Translations under genes and position numbers: made by a program
Assembly (NCBI RefSeq): GCF_035084215.1
Contig: NC_090341.1
Span: 55,180,001 to 55,244,000 of the forward strand
Reading direction: 5' to 3'
Source: Heptranchias perlo
Taxonomy: Eukaryota
Length of the DNA stretch: 64,000 nucleotides
Notes under the pieces: model-generated
Seen by the model: only the letters and a program-made list of their open reading frames with translations
Told to the model about the DNA's origin: nothing
The model's database searches: none
In this document: in pieces, positions 1 to 12,084 of the stretch
Layout: each line of letters starts with the position of its first letter
Numbering within the stretch: the stretch's first letter is position 1

Positions 1-119
1 GTAGCTCCTCATCAGAAACTGCTGAACAGAATTGTCATGTCATTCTCAATTTTAACAGTTTCTTCTTGAATTTCCTTCATTTCATTTCCATATGTTCTGC
101 TCAAGCCATCTGCTGCATT

Positions 120-500
120 CTGAAGTAGGATTGATGAAATCTTACACAATCAAATGTAATGGGAAGCTGCTCTTTCTGCATTGTTCTGCTGTGTCACACT
201 AAGGGCTTTTGATAAATATACAAATGGTGCTTCTTCTCTTACAAATACAGTACTCCTTTTAGTACACCTGATGCTACTTCACCTGACAGGTTAATTGATA
301 TCAAAATATTTGAGTATGAGTGTCTTTTTTTGCATTTTTCAGATCATTAAAACTTTTTGCCTCCCACTTGTCTTCCTGGTGCCTTTTTATTTCCTTCTGT
401 ACCAGCCGCCTCATTGATTCTTTTACATTTGAGAGACTATACAGAAAGTTACCTTGGTGTGTAGTCATTCTAGTTCCTTCTATGATACTGCAGATATTAA
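120..500 (-). mobile_element. Highly degenerate Ty3/Gypsy pol fragment (RT connection / RNase H)
   Basis: Manual minus-strand translation across frameshifts gives GNFLYSLSNVKESMRRLVQKE...AKSFNDLKN...LKYFDIN*PV...EEAPFVYLSKALSVTQQNNAEREQLPITFDCVRFHQ. This matches the Gypsy pattern FIPNLS..PLR.L / LKYFD..P / PVAYASKAL...QQNYAQIEKELLAIVFG..RFHQY. Confidence 0.65.
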
Positions 501-509
501 GGGCAGAAT

Positions 510-790
510 AAGAACATGTAAAGGACCAGAAAAGACCCTATTGTCCCACTGAGCCATTCCCAAGTTTAGAAAGTATCATACAATCACTCAATTCCTCATA
601 CCTCTCCATTATATCCTTTACAAATCCTTTGCAAATATGAATCCGATTCCATCTTCAATTTGCCAACATAATTCATCTCCACAGGAAATCCACTCCATAA
701 ATTCAGCACCCTCTAAGTAAAATAATTTTATCTAAACTCTCTGTTTACCTTTCCTCATCTGAAATCAAGTCTTTGCCCACTTACGGCTTT
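510..790 (-). mobile_element. Old CR1 LINE 3' fragment
   Basis: Diverged resemblance to the reverse-complement CR1 3' ends elsewhere in the window (taagaaca tail; ccactccataaattcagcaccctc..taaaataatttt block). Confidence 0.5.
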
Positions 791-823
791 AACTATTTTC
801 AGTTCTGGTTAATAGAGTTGTCT

Positions 824-900
824 GAAATTTCTCTGCGCTATTTTAGTGGAGGCATTGAGCCATTGAAATAAATGGGGTTAATAGCGGAGAAAGAAATTTC
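824..900. repeat. Short palindromic MITE-like hairpin
   Basis: Outer arms gaaatttctctgcgctatt / aatagcggagaaagaaatttc enclose a central ccattgaaataaatggg palindrome. Confidence 0.5.
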
Positions 901-2635
901 TAACAAATACATTAAGCATTCATATGCTCAATCCCACAGCATTAATTTCAGGACCAACGAGTTTACCCTGGCTGAGGCGACATTTAGGTAGAAATCACAT
1001 GCCATCTGACCTCAGCCTCTTCTGCTATTGGAGCAGCACAAATCTGATTAGGAGATGTGCAGCTTATCACCATTTAAAACAGAACCATTTTGTTCTACTT
1101 GTCCTTATTTGCATAGCTTAGCACCTCTTCCCTCAAGTTAGTTTGGTACCAGGTTAAACATAACTTTTTCAGCCCAAATAAAAAGGGAGGAGGAAAATAT
1201 TTTCTTTAGTAACTATATTTTGCTCTAATTATCGGATCACCAGTACAATTTAGCTATGGTGTCTAGGGGGGGTTGCCGTTTGCTTTTCTTGGTAGTTGCC
1301 TTTCCCCTCTTCTGTTCCTTTAATTTCTTTATTTTCCCCTTGATCTCTTAGAATAATTTTTGAATATTTACACCAAAATGGCTATTGTCGGGTTTTAGAT
1401 AGATGCTGCTACATGAGGTGGTCGTGAGAACAGTGGTCTTCTGTGCCACTGCATGACACCACCTCATAACACAACATTGCATTATGTCTGCAAGGAGGTG
1501 GAGCCGGCTTTCAGTCCATAACTCACTGTTCCTGTCTCTGGATGTGCCAGCCCTATGTTGTATGATAGTTGCAGGTGTCCTTGCAGCAGATAGCACAGTG
1601 ATGCATTTGCCTCTCCTCCAGAAACTGAGAAGACCGCTCCCAACAGTTAGTGCCAGGTAGGTGCGCCAGGGTCTGCAAAAATGGTTGGTGGCATCTTGGC
1701 AGGTGCAGCCAAGATCAATCTGGCATGCCTTATTTCATGCAGTGCTATTAAAAACATGACATTTTGTGACTAGGGTGCTGCTGAGGAAGCATCCAACATT
1801 GCAGTTAAGCGGTGCCATTGGGTCTGCTGTTCCAGCTTCCTTTGAGAAGAGGAGCCTGTACCCGAGTAATTGTCCGCCAAAATGAGGTGCTGATCAACGT
1901 CTGCAGACACAGGTACCGACAGGTGGGCGCACAGCAACTCTTGTGCAGCCTGGCCTGACTCATCCGTCCAAAGGACCACCTCCTTTGGTGCCAGTAATGG
2001 TGCTGGAGCAAAAAGTAATTTACAACACCTGGCACAAAGACTCATGAGAAATAAGTTTCAGCGGGGAAAAAAATGCAAAATTGTTTGGAAATGGCTAAAA
2101 TATACTTACATTTAATATTACTATGTCCTTTCTATGACCTCCAGTATAATTACCGTCACCTAGCAATCACAGACGCCCACGTCACATGAGCACGATTACC
2201 GTTGGACATCCTGCACACCAGAATATCAGAAGCTGGCATTCAAGACAGACATAAACCCCCAACAACCCCCGCCCCCCCACACTCACCCCAAAATTAATAA
2301 TTAAATGAAGTACTCAACTGTCTGAGGCAGTCGCTTCTACCACCACTGATTTCACCCAACAAAGGGTTGAAACTGGATGAAGTACCAACAAGGCAGGGCT
2401 TAAGCCCATTTTCTGATACCAGTCACCTGATTTATGCAGCATAGGAAAATCCAGTCGACCATCTCTTTCTGGAGGGCATGGGGAAAATGCGATTCATTTG
2501 TATACAAAATCGAAAACGCATTTATAAAGAGCACGTTTACAACTTTTTTATAATACTGAAAATCTTCCACCCTTTTGACCTCTCAGACTTTACGGTGCTA
2601 TGGTGTTAATTGTTCTATTGGTTGCTATTGTATCT

Positions 2636-4830
2636 CAGCATTAGTGGTTATGTTACTGGACTAGTAATCTGGAGTCATAAGTTCAAATCCCACCACGGCA
2701 GCTAGGGAATTTAAATTCAATTAATTAAAATAAAATCTGGAAAAAAAAACATCAGTAATGGTGGCCATGAAACTACCGGATTGTTGTAAAAACCCATCTG
2801 GTTCACTAATGTCCTTACCCAGTCTGGCCTATATGTGCCTCCAGACCCACAGCAATGTGGTTGATTCTTAATTGCCCTCTGAAATGGCCTAGCAAGCCAC
2901 TCAGTTGTACAATCTCACTACAAAAAGTCATAAGAATAAAACCGGACGGACCACCCGGCATCGGACCACTCGGCACCGGACACGACAAAGGAAAACCAAG
3001 CCCAGTCGACCCTGCAAAGTCCTCCTCACGAACATCTGGGGACTTGTGCCAAATTTGGGAGAGCTGTCCCACACACTAGTCAAGCAACAGCCTGACATAG
3101 CCATACTCACAGAATTATACCTTTCAGCCAATGTCCCAGACTCTTCCATCACCATCCCTGGGTATGTCCTGTCCCACCGGCAGGACAGACCCACCAGAGG
3201 TGACAGTACACTGATATACAGTTGGAGGGAGTGGCCCTGGGAGTCCTCAATCTCATGGCATCAGGTCAAACATGGGCAAGGAAACCTCCTGCTGATTACC
3301 ACCAACCACCCTCCCTCAGCTGATGAATCAGTCCTCCTCCATGTTGAGCACCACGTGGAGGAAGCACTGAGGGTAACAAGGGCACAGAATGTATTCTGTG
3401 TGGGGGACTTCAATGTCCATCAACAAGAGTGGCTCAGTAACACCGCGACTGACCAAGCTGGCCGAGTCCTGAAGGACATGGCTGCCAGACTGGGCCAACA
3501 GCAGGTGGTGAGCGAACCAACACGAGGGAAAAACCTACTTGACCTCATCCTCACCAATCTACCTGTCGCAGATGCATCTCTCCATGGCAGTATTAGTAGG
3601 AGTGACCACCGCACAGTCCTTGTGGAGATGAAATCCCGTCTTCACACTGAGGATACCATCCAACGTGTTGTGTGGCACTACCACCGTGCTAAATGGGATA
3701 GATTCAGAACAGATCTAGCAGCTCAAAACTGGGCATCCATGAGGCGCTGTGGGCCATCAGCAGCAGCAGAATTGTATTCCAGCACAATCTGTAACCTCAT
3801 GGCCCGGCATATTCCTCACTCTACTATTACCAACAAGCCAGGGGATCAACCCTGGTTCAATGAGGAGTGTAGAAGAGCATACCAGGAGCAGCACCAGGCA
3901 TACCTAAAAATGAGGTGCCAACCTGGTGAAGCTACATGCATGCTAAACAGTGGAAGCAACATGCTATAGACAGAGCTAAGTGATTCCACAACCAATGAAT
4001 CAGATCAAAGCTCTGCAGTCCTGCCACAACCAGTCGTGAATGGTGGTGGACAATTAAACTAATGGAAGGAGGAGGCTCTGCAAACATCCCCATCCTCAAT
4101 GATGGCAGAGTCCAGCACATGAGTGCAAAAGGCAAAGTTGAAGCATTGGCAACCATCTTCAGCCAGAAGTGCTGAGTGGATGATCCATCTCGGTCTCCTC
4201 CAGATATCCCCACCATCACAGAAGCCAGTCTTCAGCCAATTCGATTCACTCCACGTGATTTCAAGAAACGGCTGAGTGCACTGGATACAGCAAAGGCTAT
4301 GGGCCCCGACAACATCCCGACTGTAGTGCTGAAGACTTGTGCTCCAGAACTAGCCGCTCCTCTAGCCACACTGTTCCAGTACAGCTACAACACTGACATC
4401 TACCCGACAATGTGGAAAATTGCCCAGGTATGTCCTGTCCACAAAAAGCAGGACAAATCCAATCCAGCCAATTACTGCCCCATTGGTCTACTCTCAATCA
4501 TCAGCAAACTCGCCAAGGCTTCTTCGACAGCACCTCCCAAACCCGCGACCTCTACCACCTAGGACAAGGGCAGCAGGTGCATGGGAACAACACCACCTGC
4601 ATGTTCCCCTCCAAGTCATACACCACCCCAATTGGAAATATATTGCCGTTCCTTCATCGTCGCTGGGTCAAAATTCTGGAACTCCCTACCTAACAGCACT
4701 GTGGGAGAACTTTCACCACACGGACTGCAGCGGTTCAAGGCGGCGGCTCACCACCACCTTCTCAAGGGCAATCAGGGATGGGCAATAAATGCCAGCCTTG
4801 CCAGCAATGCCCACATCCTATGAATGAATT
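2636..4830 (+). mobile_element. CR1-group non-LTR retrotransposon with tRNA-derived 5' head, APE endonuclease and internally deleted RT
   Basis: A-box-like tagtgg (2642) and B-box gttcaaatcc (2681-2690). ORF 2905-3969 has APE motifs (DIAILTE, IPGY, GDFN, LDLILTN, SDH). RT N-terminus in 4176-4510 (KAMGPDNIP, WKIAQVCPVHKK, NYCPIGLLSIISK). The 3' end gatgggcaataaatg...cccacatcc.atgaatgaa is shared with the copy at 8385-9580. Stops and frameshifts are present. Confidence 0.9.
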
Positions 4831-5235
4831 TTTAAAAATTGATGACTTATTCTTATTTTTGCTATGTGATTACTCTAAAATCTTCCACAGTTTTAAAAAA
4901 TCTCAGCACAAAGCAACCTTTTGGCAATTCGATTTCATTACACTGGTTTTCCATTTTCTATCCACTAGGATGATGGATTAATATTAATTCCTGTTTTGTT
5001 TCAACCGAAGGTGCAAAGTCCTTTCAGGTGGAGCTACCTGCCGTGAACACACAGCCTACACTAATGTTGCCTGGGTCACAGTTATGACTATCTATAGTTT
5101 ATAGGTCTTTCATGTACTATGCTACATACCACCCTCAAAATGGCTTCTGCCACTGCATGCTGGGAAATTGGCTATGAAATTGGTCAAACTGTCGATTAGT
5201 AACTGAGGGAAACAATGGTCCAAGTTTTAAAAAAT

Positions 5236-7965
5236 ATTTTTCAAGATATACTTTATTTCATAAAATTTAAAGATGCACACAATTCAATATAAAAATCACA
5301 ATTCCAAGCAATATAGTTCAAAATACAGCACAAATCGCATACAATACGATCCCATTATTACAATTCAAAACACAGTACATATCTTATAAGACATGCTGTA
5401 CAAGGTGAAATGGCCTTACAAAGTGGCCTTTCCCCATACAGCCTTTGTGTAGGCCGCACCTCACTTCAGAGCGTCCCGCAGCACATACTCCTGGAACTTG
5501 GAGTGTGCCAGTTTACAACACTCGGTCGTGGACAGTTCCTTCAGCTGGAAGACCAGCAGGTTTCGGGCAGACCAAAGCGCCTCCTTCACAGAGTTGATGG
5601 TCTTCCAGTGGCAGTTAATATCTGTTGCGGTGTGCGACCTGGGGAATAGCCCATAGAGCACAGAGTCTTGTGTTACCGAGCAGTTGGGGATAAACTGGGA
5701 CAGATACCAACGCATCTCTCTCCACACCCTCTGCGTGAAGGGGCAGTCGGACGACGGTCTCCTCCCTGCTGCAGCCTTGAGGGCAGCTCGTGGTGGCACT
5801 GAGATTCCATGCGTTTTGGAAGGACCGCACTGGAAGGGCCCTTCTCACCACCATCCAAGCTACATCCTGGTGCCTGTTGGTCAGTTCCAACGACGAGATG
5901 TTCTGCCAAACGGCTTCGGCCGTCTAGTCGAGGAACTGCCCACTCTGATCCACCCTCTCCTTTCCCTGCAGGACCCCAGAACATTCCGTGCCGACCACTG
6001 TCGGACAGCCTATGGTCGAAAGGGATCCTCTTCAGGAACTTCTTCACCTGGGACCGGTGGTGGGGTACAGTCCAGCCATCAGGATCAGGGCAGTGTTGGG
6101 GACGCTTTTCCCCCTTTGTCTGAGGGCTTGTACATATTGTCCCTGCGGACGCGTTCTACCTTGGACCGCCAGACAAAGTGGAAGATGGCACGGGTGACTA
6201 TGACGGCGGAGCGGTGGGGAATGGGCAACACTGCGAGCACCTCATACCTTATCACCAAGTTTCTGCCGGCCATGGAGTGAGAGGGCCTCCCACATACCAA
6301 GCTTCTGTCTGGCCTTGGCGACCCATTCCTCCCAGTTCTTGGTGCAGGCCTGATCCAGATCCCCGGCATCTTCAGGTAGTCGGGCCGGATGATGAAGGGG
6401 ACATAGATTGGGTGTCCCATCTGCCATGGCCTCGCTCTTAATGCAATTCACTCTGGCCCCCGAGGCCAGCTCAAACTGGTTGCAGATGCCCATCAATCTG
6501 TGGACCGAATGCTAATCGGAGAAAAAGATGGTGACGTCACCCATGTACAGGGAGGCTTTAACCTGAGAGCCTCCACTGCCTGGGATCATCACCCCCGATA
6601 CCTGTGTCCTTCCTGTTGGACGAGGCAAACGGCTCGATACAACACACAAACAAGACCGCAAAGAGAGGACATCCCTGCCTGACTCCAGATCTGATCGGAA
6701 AGCACTCTGACTCCCACCTGTTGATTAGGACTGCACTACGGATGTCTGCATAGAGCAGCAAAGTCCAATTGCGGATTTCCTCCCCAAACCCCATTTTAGA
6801 GAGCACGTCCATCATGTACATGTGAGATATGCTGTTGAAGGCCTTCTCCTGGTCCAGGCTGATGAGGCAGGAGTTCACCCCCCTGTCCTGCACATAGGTG
6901 AACGTATCCCTGAGCAGCGCGAGTTTATCAGAGATCTTCCTGCCGGGTGCAGTACAGGTCTGATCAGGGTGGATCACCAGTTCCAGAGCAGATTTGAGCC
7001 TGTTGGCCTTAGACAGAATCTTGTAGTTGACATTTAGCAAGGAAATGGGTTACCAATTTCTGATTTCTTCCCTCTTCCGCTTGCAGATGAGGATAATGAT
7101 GCCTTTCCTCATGGATTCTGACATGCTGCCTGCCAGAAGCATACCCCCGTACACTTCCGGCAGGTCCGGGCCTATCCAGTCCCACAGAGCCGAGTACAAT
7201 TCAACTGGTAAGCCATCACTTCCGGGAGTTCATCTCTTCTCGAAGGACTGAACAGCCTTTGTCAGCTCATCCAAAGTCAGCAGTCGATCCATGCTGTCCC
7301 GCTCGCTGTCCTCTAAGACCTCCATGATAGAGGACAGGAAGGACTGGGAGACTGTGCTGTCTGTGGGCTTCGCGTCATACAATCCGGCATAAAAGGACTT
7401 GCTGATCCTCAGTAACGTCTTTGCGATCTGCAAAGACGTCACCAAGCCGTCTTCCTCCTTCAGGCTACTGATCATAGAGGCCTCTCCATGCAACTTCTGG
7501 AAGAAGCGCGAGCATTTCTCGTCTTGCTCCATGGAGCAGACTCTGAACTGGAAGATGATCTTTCGAGGCCTTGGAGGTGAAGACCGATACTTGCTGGCCC
7601 TTCACCTCTCGAGTTCCTCCTCAAAATCAACCCCCATCAACTGCAGCTGGAGCAGATCCTGCATGCTTTTCTGGAGCTGGGACAATTCCCTCTGTCTCTC
7701 ACTTTCTCGCCCTCTGAACACCTTTAAGGACGAAGAAAGTCTTGATGTTGGCCTTGATCGCTTCCCACCAGTGCACCGCGGAGTCAAAGAGGGGTTTCAT
7801 GGTCCTCCAACCTGTGCAATCCCTCCTTAGTTCCTCAATGTTCTCCGGGGTCAACAGTCTCGCGTTCAGCTTCCATATTCCCCTGCCCGCCTTCTGGTCC
7901 TCCTTTGGTTGACAGTTAGCCAGTAGGAGGCAGTGGTCAGAGAAGAACACCGGCTGGACGTCGAC
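5236..7965 (-). mobile_element. Tx1-like (L1 clade) LINE, 5'-truncated and frameshifted
   Basis: Minus-strand peptides FSDHCLL..RGIWKLN, EQDEKCSRFF, LNVNYKILSK, HPDQTC..PGRKISD, SLDQEKAFN, SGVRQGCPL, ASGARVN and C-terminal AWMVVRRALPV / CPFTQRVW. AATAAA and an A-rich tail lie near 5236-5257. Confidence 0.85.
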
Positions 7966-8384
7966 CCAAGTGCTAGAAACCCAGCATGCATCACCAGGCA
8001 ATTAATCAACATCACATTCTATACAGGATGACCTTAGCTTAGACAGCCATCCTCAACCTCCAAGTGGCCTTTGACAGTCCTTTGTTTAATGTGTTAATGC
8101 AGCTGCTTTCCATAATACAGGTAATAGCACAGCCTCAATGTCAAAGGATGTATTTCGAGTTTGGATATTTCTGATATTCTATTTACAATTTTGACCGAGC
8201 CACAAACAGACACAGAAGCAACACGCAAACTTCTCAAAAACATATGCCTATGTAATTCTGAATACGACCATGACAGGTAGGGTTCAAGGTGCTACTAAGC
8301 CATCAAAAAGAACCTACTGTTTGAAACATCTGCAAAGAAAAGCCATTTAAAGGAATTCATCAGCCTAACTTGTATTTAACATTT

Positions 8385-9580
8385 TTTTTATTCATTCATG
8401 GGATGTGGGCGTCGCTGGCGAGGCCAGCATTGATTGCCCATCCCTAATTGCCCTTGAGAAGGTGGTGGTGAGCCGCCTTCTTGAACAGCTGCAGTCCGTG
8501 TGATGAAGGTTCTCCCATAGGAAGGGAGTTCCAGGATTGTGACCCAGCGACGATGAAGGAACGGCGATATATTTCCAAGTCGGGATGGTGTGTGACTTGG
8601 AGGGGAACGTGCAGGTGGTGTTGTTCCCATGTACCTGCTGCCTTTGTCCTTCTAGGTGGTAGAGGTCGCGGGTTTGGGAGGTGCTGTCGAAGAAGCCTTG
8701 GTGAGTTGCTGCAGTGCATCCTGTGGATGGTACACACTGCAGCCACAGTGCGCCGGTGGTGAAGGAAGTGAATGTTTAGGGTGGTGGATGGGGTGCCAAT
8801 CAAGCGGGCTGCTTTGTCCTGGATGGTGTCGAGCTTCTTGAGTATTGTTGGAGCTGCACTCATCCAGGCAAGTGGAGAGTATTCCATCACACTCCTGGCT
8901 TGTGCCATGTAGATGGCGGAAAGGCTTTGAGGAGTCAGGAGGTGAGTCACTCGCCACAGAATACCCAGTCTCTGACCTGCCCTTGTAGCCACAGTATTTA
9001 TATGGCTGGTCCAGTTAAGTTTCTGGTCAATGGTGACCCCCAGGATGTTGATGGTGGGGGATTCGGCGATGGTAATGCCGTTGAATGTCAAGGGGAGGTG
9101 GTTAGTCTCTCTTTTGTTGGAGATGGTCATTGCCTGGCACTTGTCTGGCGCGAATGTTACTTGCCACTTATGAACCCAAGCCTGGATGTTGTCCAGGTCT
9201 TGCTGCATGCGGGCTCGGACTGCTTCATTATTTGAGGGGTGGCGAATGGAACTGAACAATGTGCAATCATCAGCGAACATCCCCATTTCTGACCTTATGA
9301 TGGAGGGAAGGTCATTGTTGAAGCAGCTGAAGATGGTTGGGCCGTGGACACTGCCCTGAGGAACTCCTGCAGCAATGTCCTGGGGCTGAGATGATTGGCC
9401 TCCAACAACCACTACCATCTTCCTTTGTGCTAGGTATGACTCCAGCCACTGGAGAGTTTTCCCCGATTCCCATTGACTTCAATTTTACTAGGGCTCCTTG
9501 GTGCCACACTCGGTCAAATGCTGCAGTTACTCTCACCTCACCTCTGGAATTCAGCTCTTTTGTCCATGTTTGGACCATGA
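8385..9580 (-). mobile_element. 5'-truncated CR1-group LINE (same family as 2636-4830), RT and 3' end
   Basis: ORF 8444-9418 has GVPQGSVHGP, FADDC, LNWTSHI and MEYSPLAW. AFDRVWHQG lies upstream. The 3' tail is near-identical to 4510-4830, with poly(A) at ~8382-8389. Confidence 0.92.
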
Positions 9581-9918
9581 ACTATTTTAAACCTTCACGG
9601 GCTATTTCAAACCAATTGTGTTATTCAAGCTGACCAATACTCAATGGGGGTTATATTGAATAATCCCCAAAATGAGTGCTGGGATGGTGGTGCGTGATTA
9701 ACCAGTCATAGCGATGCAGGAAGCACGTAATATTCAATGATTGCAGTATGTCGCCAGTGTTACCTGCACTGTTGATTGGCTGCATGCACCAGCAGGGGGC
9801 CCCGAGATTGGGAGTGGCTAGCACTACTTAAAGGCAGCCTGCTCCTCTTAAAGAGGAAGTGCATTGTGGCTGCAGGAAGTCCTTTGGGAAGTAACTCTGT
9901 GGTGGGAGATATTGAAGA

Positions 9919-11870
9919 ATGGCTGCGCCTGGGAGAGAGCGTGCACCAAATTTCTCGGACAGTGCACTAGAGGCGGACAGATGAAGGGCCATCCTATATC
10001 CGCAGGGGGACAGGAGGCCCTCCAGACATATGCTGAAGAGGCAGTGGGAGGCTGTAGTGGACGAGGTAAATGCCAGGAGCATCGCACCACACCACACACA
10101 TGGATGCAATGCAGGAAGAAGTTCAAGGATTTGACTCGAATAGTCAAGGTCAGTACGTTCAACTGTCACGTGGCATATCCTACCAACCGCACCACTAGTC
10201 TCATCCACTGTTCCACGCACGACACCCCCCCCGTCATCCACTACCAACAAACTCTTTCAATCAGTTCGCAACCCTGCGAATCAGATGCTGCATCTCACCC
10301 TCATATGTTACCACTCTTGAAAGCCACACACCCACAACTCAGATCACACACACTGGCAGCTATTCAACCATGACAGTCACATTACCCAAATATCTTGCAG
10401 GACAATCACTGACACACTTCCCTCTTTCTTGCAGAAGAAGATGGCACATAACAGTAGGCAGCAGGAATGAACTGGGTGAGGACAGGCACGCCTACACGTC
10501 CTCACCCGCATGGAGGGGACAGTGCTGTCCATCAGTGGTCGGATAGTCACTGCGGCTGTGGCCACTGGCGGTGCTGGAGGTATCGATGATTAGGCCTCTC
10601 CATGCAGCTTCTGGAAGAAGCGCAAGCATTTCTCATTCTGCTCCACGGAGCGGACTCTGAACCGTGACTCTGCAAACCTAATCCTCCTACTTGCTTCCCA
10701 CTTCTCCCTCAGCCCACAATCTTTTCTGACTCACATGCTGCAGATGCTGTAAGCGCACACGTCTTACTTTCTCCTCTCCCCGCACCACAACTCAACCCTT
10801 GTCCCTTGGTCATTTCAGATACCCAAGAACTGGAACCGACACAGTCAGAGGAGGCAGAGGAAGACAATAATGATGATGCGGACACACCATTACTCGATCT
10901 TACACTCGCAGCCACAAGCTCAGTTACCGACACTGTGCGTACTTTATAGGCTAGGATAGAGGAGGGATCTGCACATGGTGAGACACCAGGCACGTGCGCA
11001 GGAGACGGGGCGGGGGTGGAAACAGATACCGCAGGTGCCCGCTTGCCGGAGGGAGAGGTCTCGCACTAGTTCTGCTGCAGAGGAATCAGATGATGACTTC
11101 GATGGGCCAGCTACAGAAGACGGCTGATGGGCGTACACCACCAAATGCTTGGTGCACCAGAAAGTCTGCCAGAAAGCCTGTGCACAATGTCAAGCGGTAT
11201 GGAGGAGTCCAGCTCCAACTTGGCACAGGGTTTTGCGCCGAGCCTGGAACCCATCCTTTCCTACATGGAACAAGTGGTCACCTCCATCAGCACACCTGTG
11301 GAACCCACCATGATACAGTGTCTGATGACTGATATCACAGCTTCCATTGCACCACAAACAGCTGCCATCCAAGGTCTGACTGCTGCAATTGGAGCTCAGA
11401 ATTCTGCCTTGGAAGCGCAGACTGCTGCTATCGTGGGTCTGGGGACCACTGTAGAATGGGGCTTCCAGGGAGTCACAGCAGTCCAGCAGTCTGTTCTCCA
11501 GCAGATCACCAGGATTGCTGAGGTGCCACCCCGTGAGAATGGCAGTGGCACCATGGAAGATGGACCCACTGTCCTCTCTCAGGATGATAGCATTCCTGCT
11601 CCCACCCCTGCCACTCCGCCAGTGCCTTTGCTGTTGCCTGTCAGCCAACCAGCCCAGACTGCTGCAGCCCATGCTGCGATGGTGCAGTCTGAAGCTGGGC
11701 CCTTCGGCCCAGAGCTGCTTGAGGTCGTCCTCCAAGGCCATCTGCACTCTCCTCCATCGAAGGCCAGAAGCCTCCCACCACCCATGCTCCAGCCTCTAGG
11801 GATGCACCTCATAAGAGCACTAGGAAAGGTAAAGGCACACGAATGACAGGCACCAAGGGAATGCACAAGG
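9919..11870 (+). pseudogene. Harbinger Myb/SANT DNA-binding protein pseudogene, 3 exons (~9919-10148, 10435-~10591, 10819-~11870)
   Basis: MAAPGRERAPNFSDSALE...RTTPHTWMQCRKKFKDLTRIVK|gtcagt. Acceptor tctttcttgcag|KKMAHNSRQQE*TG*G; acceptor catttcag|. Coiled-coil-like ORF 11127-11846. Contains stops and frameshifts. Confidence 0.75.
10592..10662 (-). mobile_element. 71-bp internal Tx1-LINE fragment inserted in the decayed Harbinger
   Basis: About 64/71 identical to 7478-7548 by manual alignment. Confidence 0.85.
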
Positions 11871-12084
11871 GTGAATAGTATCAGTTTGTTTGAATTATTT
11901 CATGTGCAAATCTATAAATGTGGTTATGAATTTGCATTTGGTGTTGGTTTTCATTTCTGCGATGAGCTGAGGGAGGAAGCAAAGTGTAATCATAAGGAGG
12001 ACAATTTGATGGTCATGTGGGAGAGGAAAGGTAAGGAGTATGGGACTGTTGGTGAATGGGGAGATGTCGTTGAGGTTACTAGTA

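Noticed and set aside
453-487. Minus-strand micro-exon (cag|...|gtaact)
   Set aside because: It lies within the Gypsy pol fossil, so the splice-like sites are probably incidental.
2636-2700. Functional tRNA gene
   Set aside because: Only A/B-box-like motifs are present, with no convincing cloverleaf, and it is fused to retroelement sequence.
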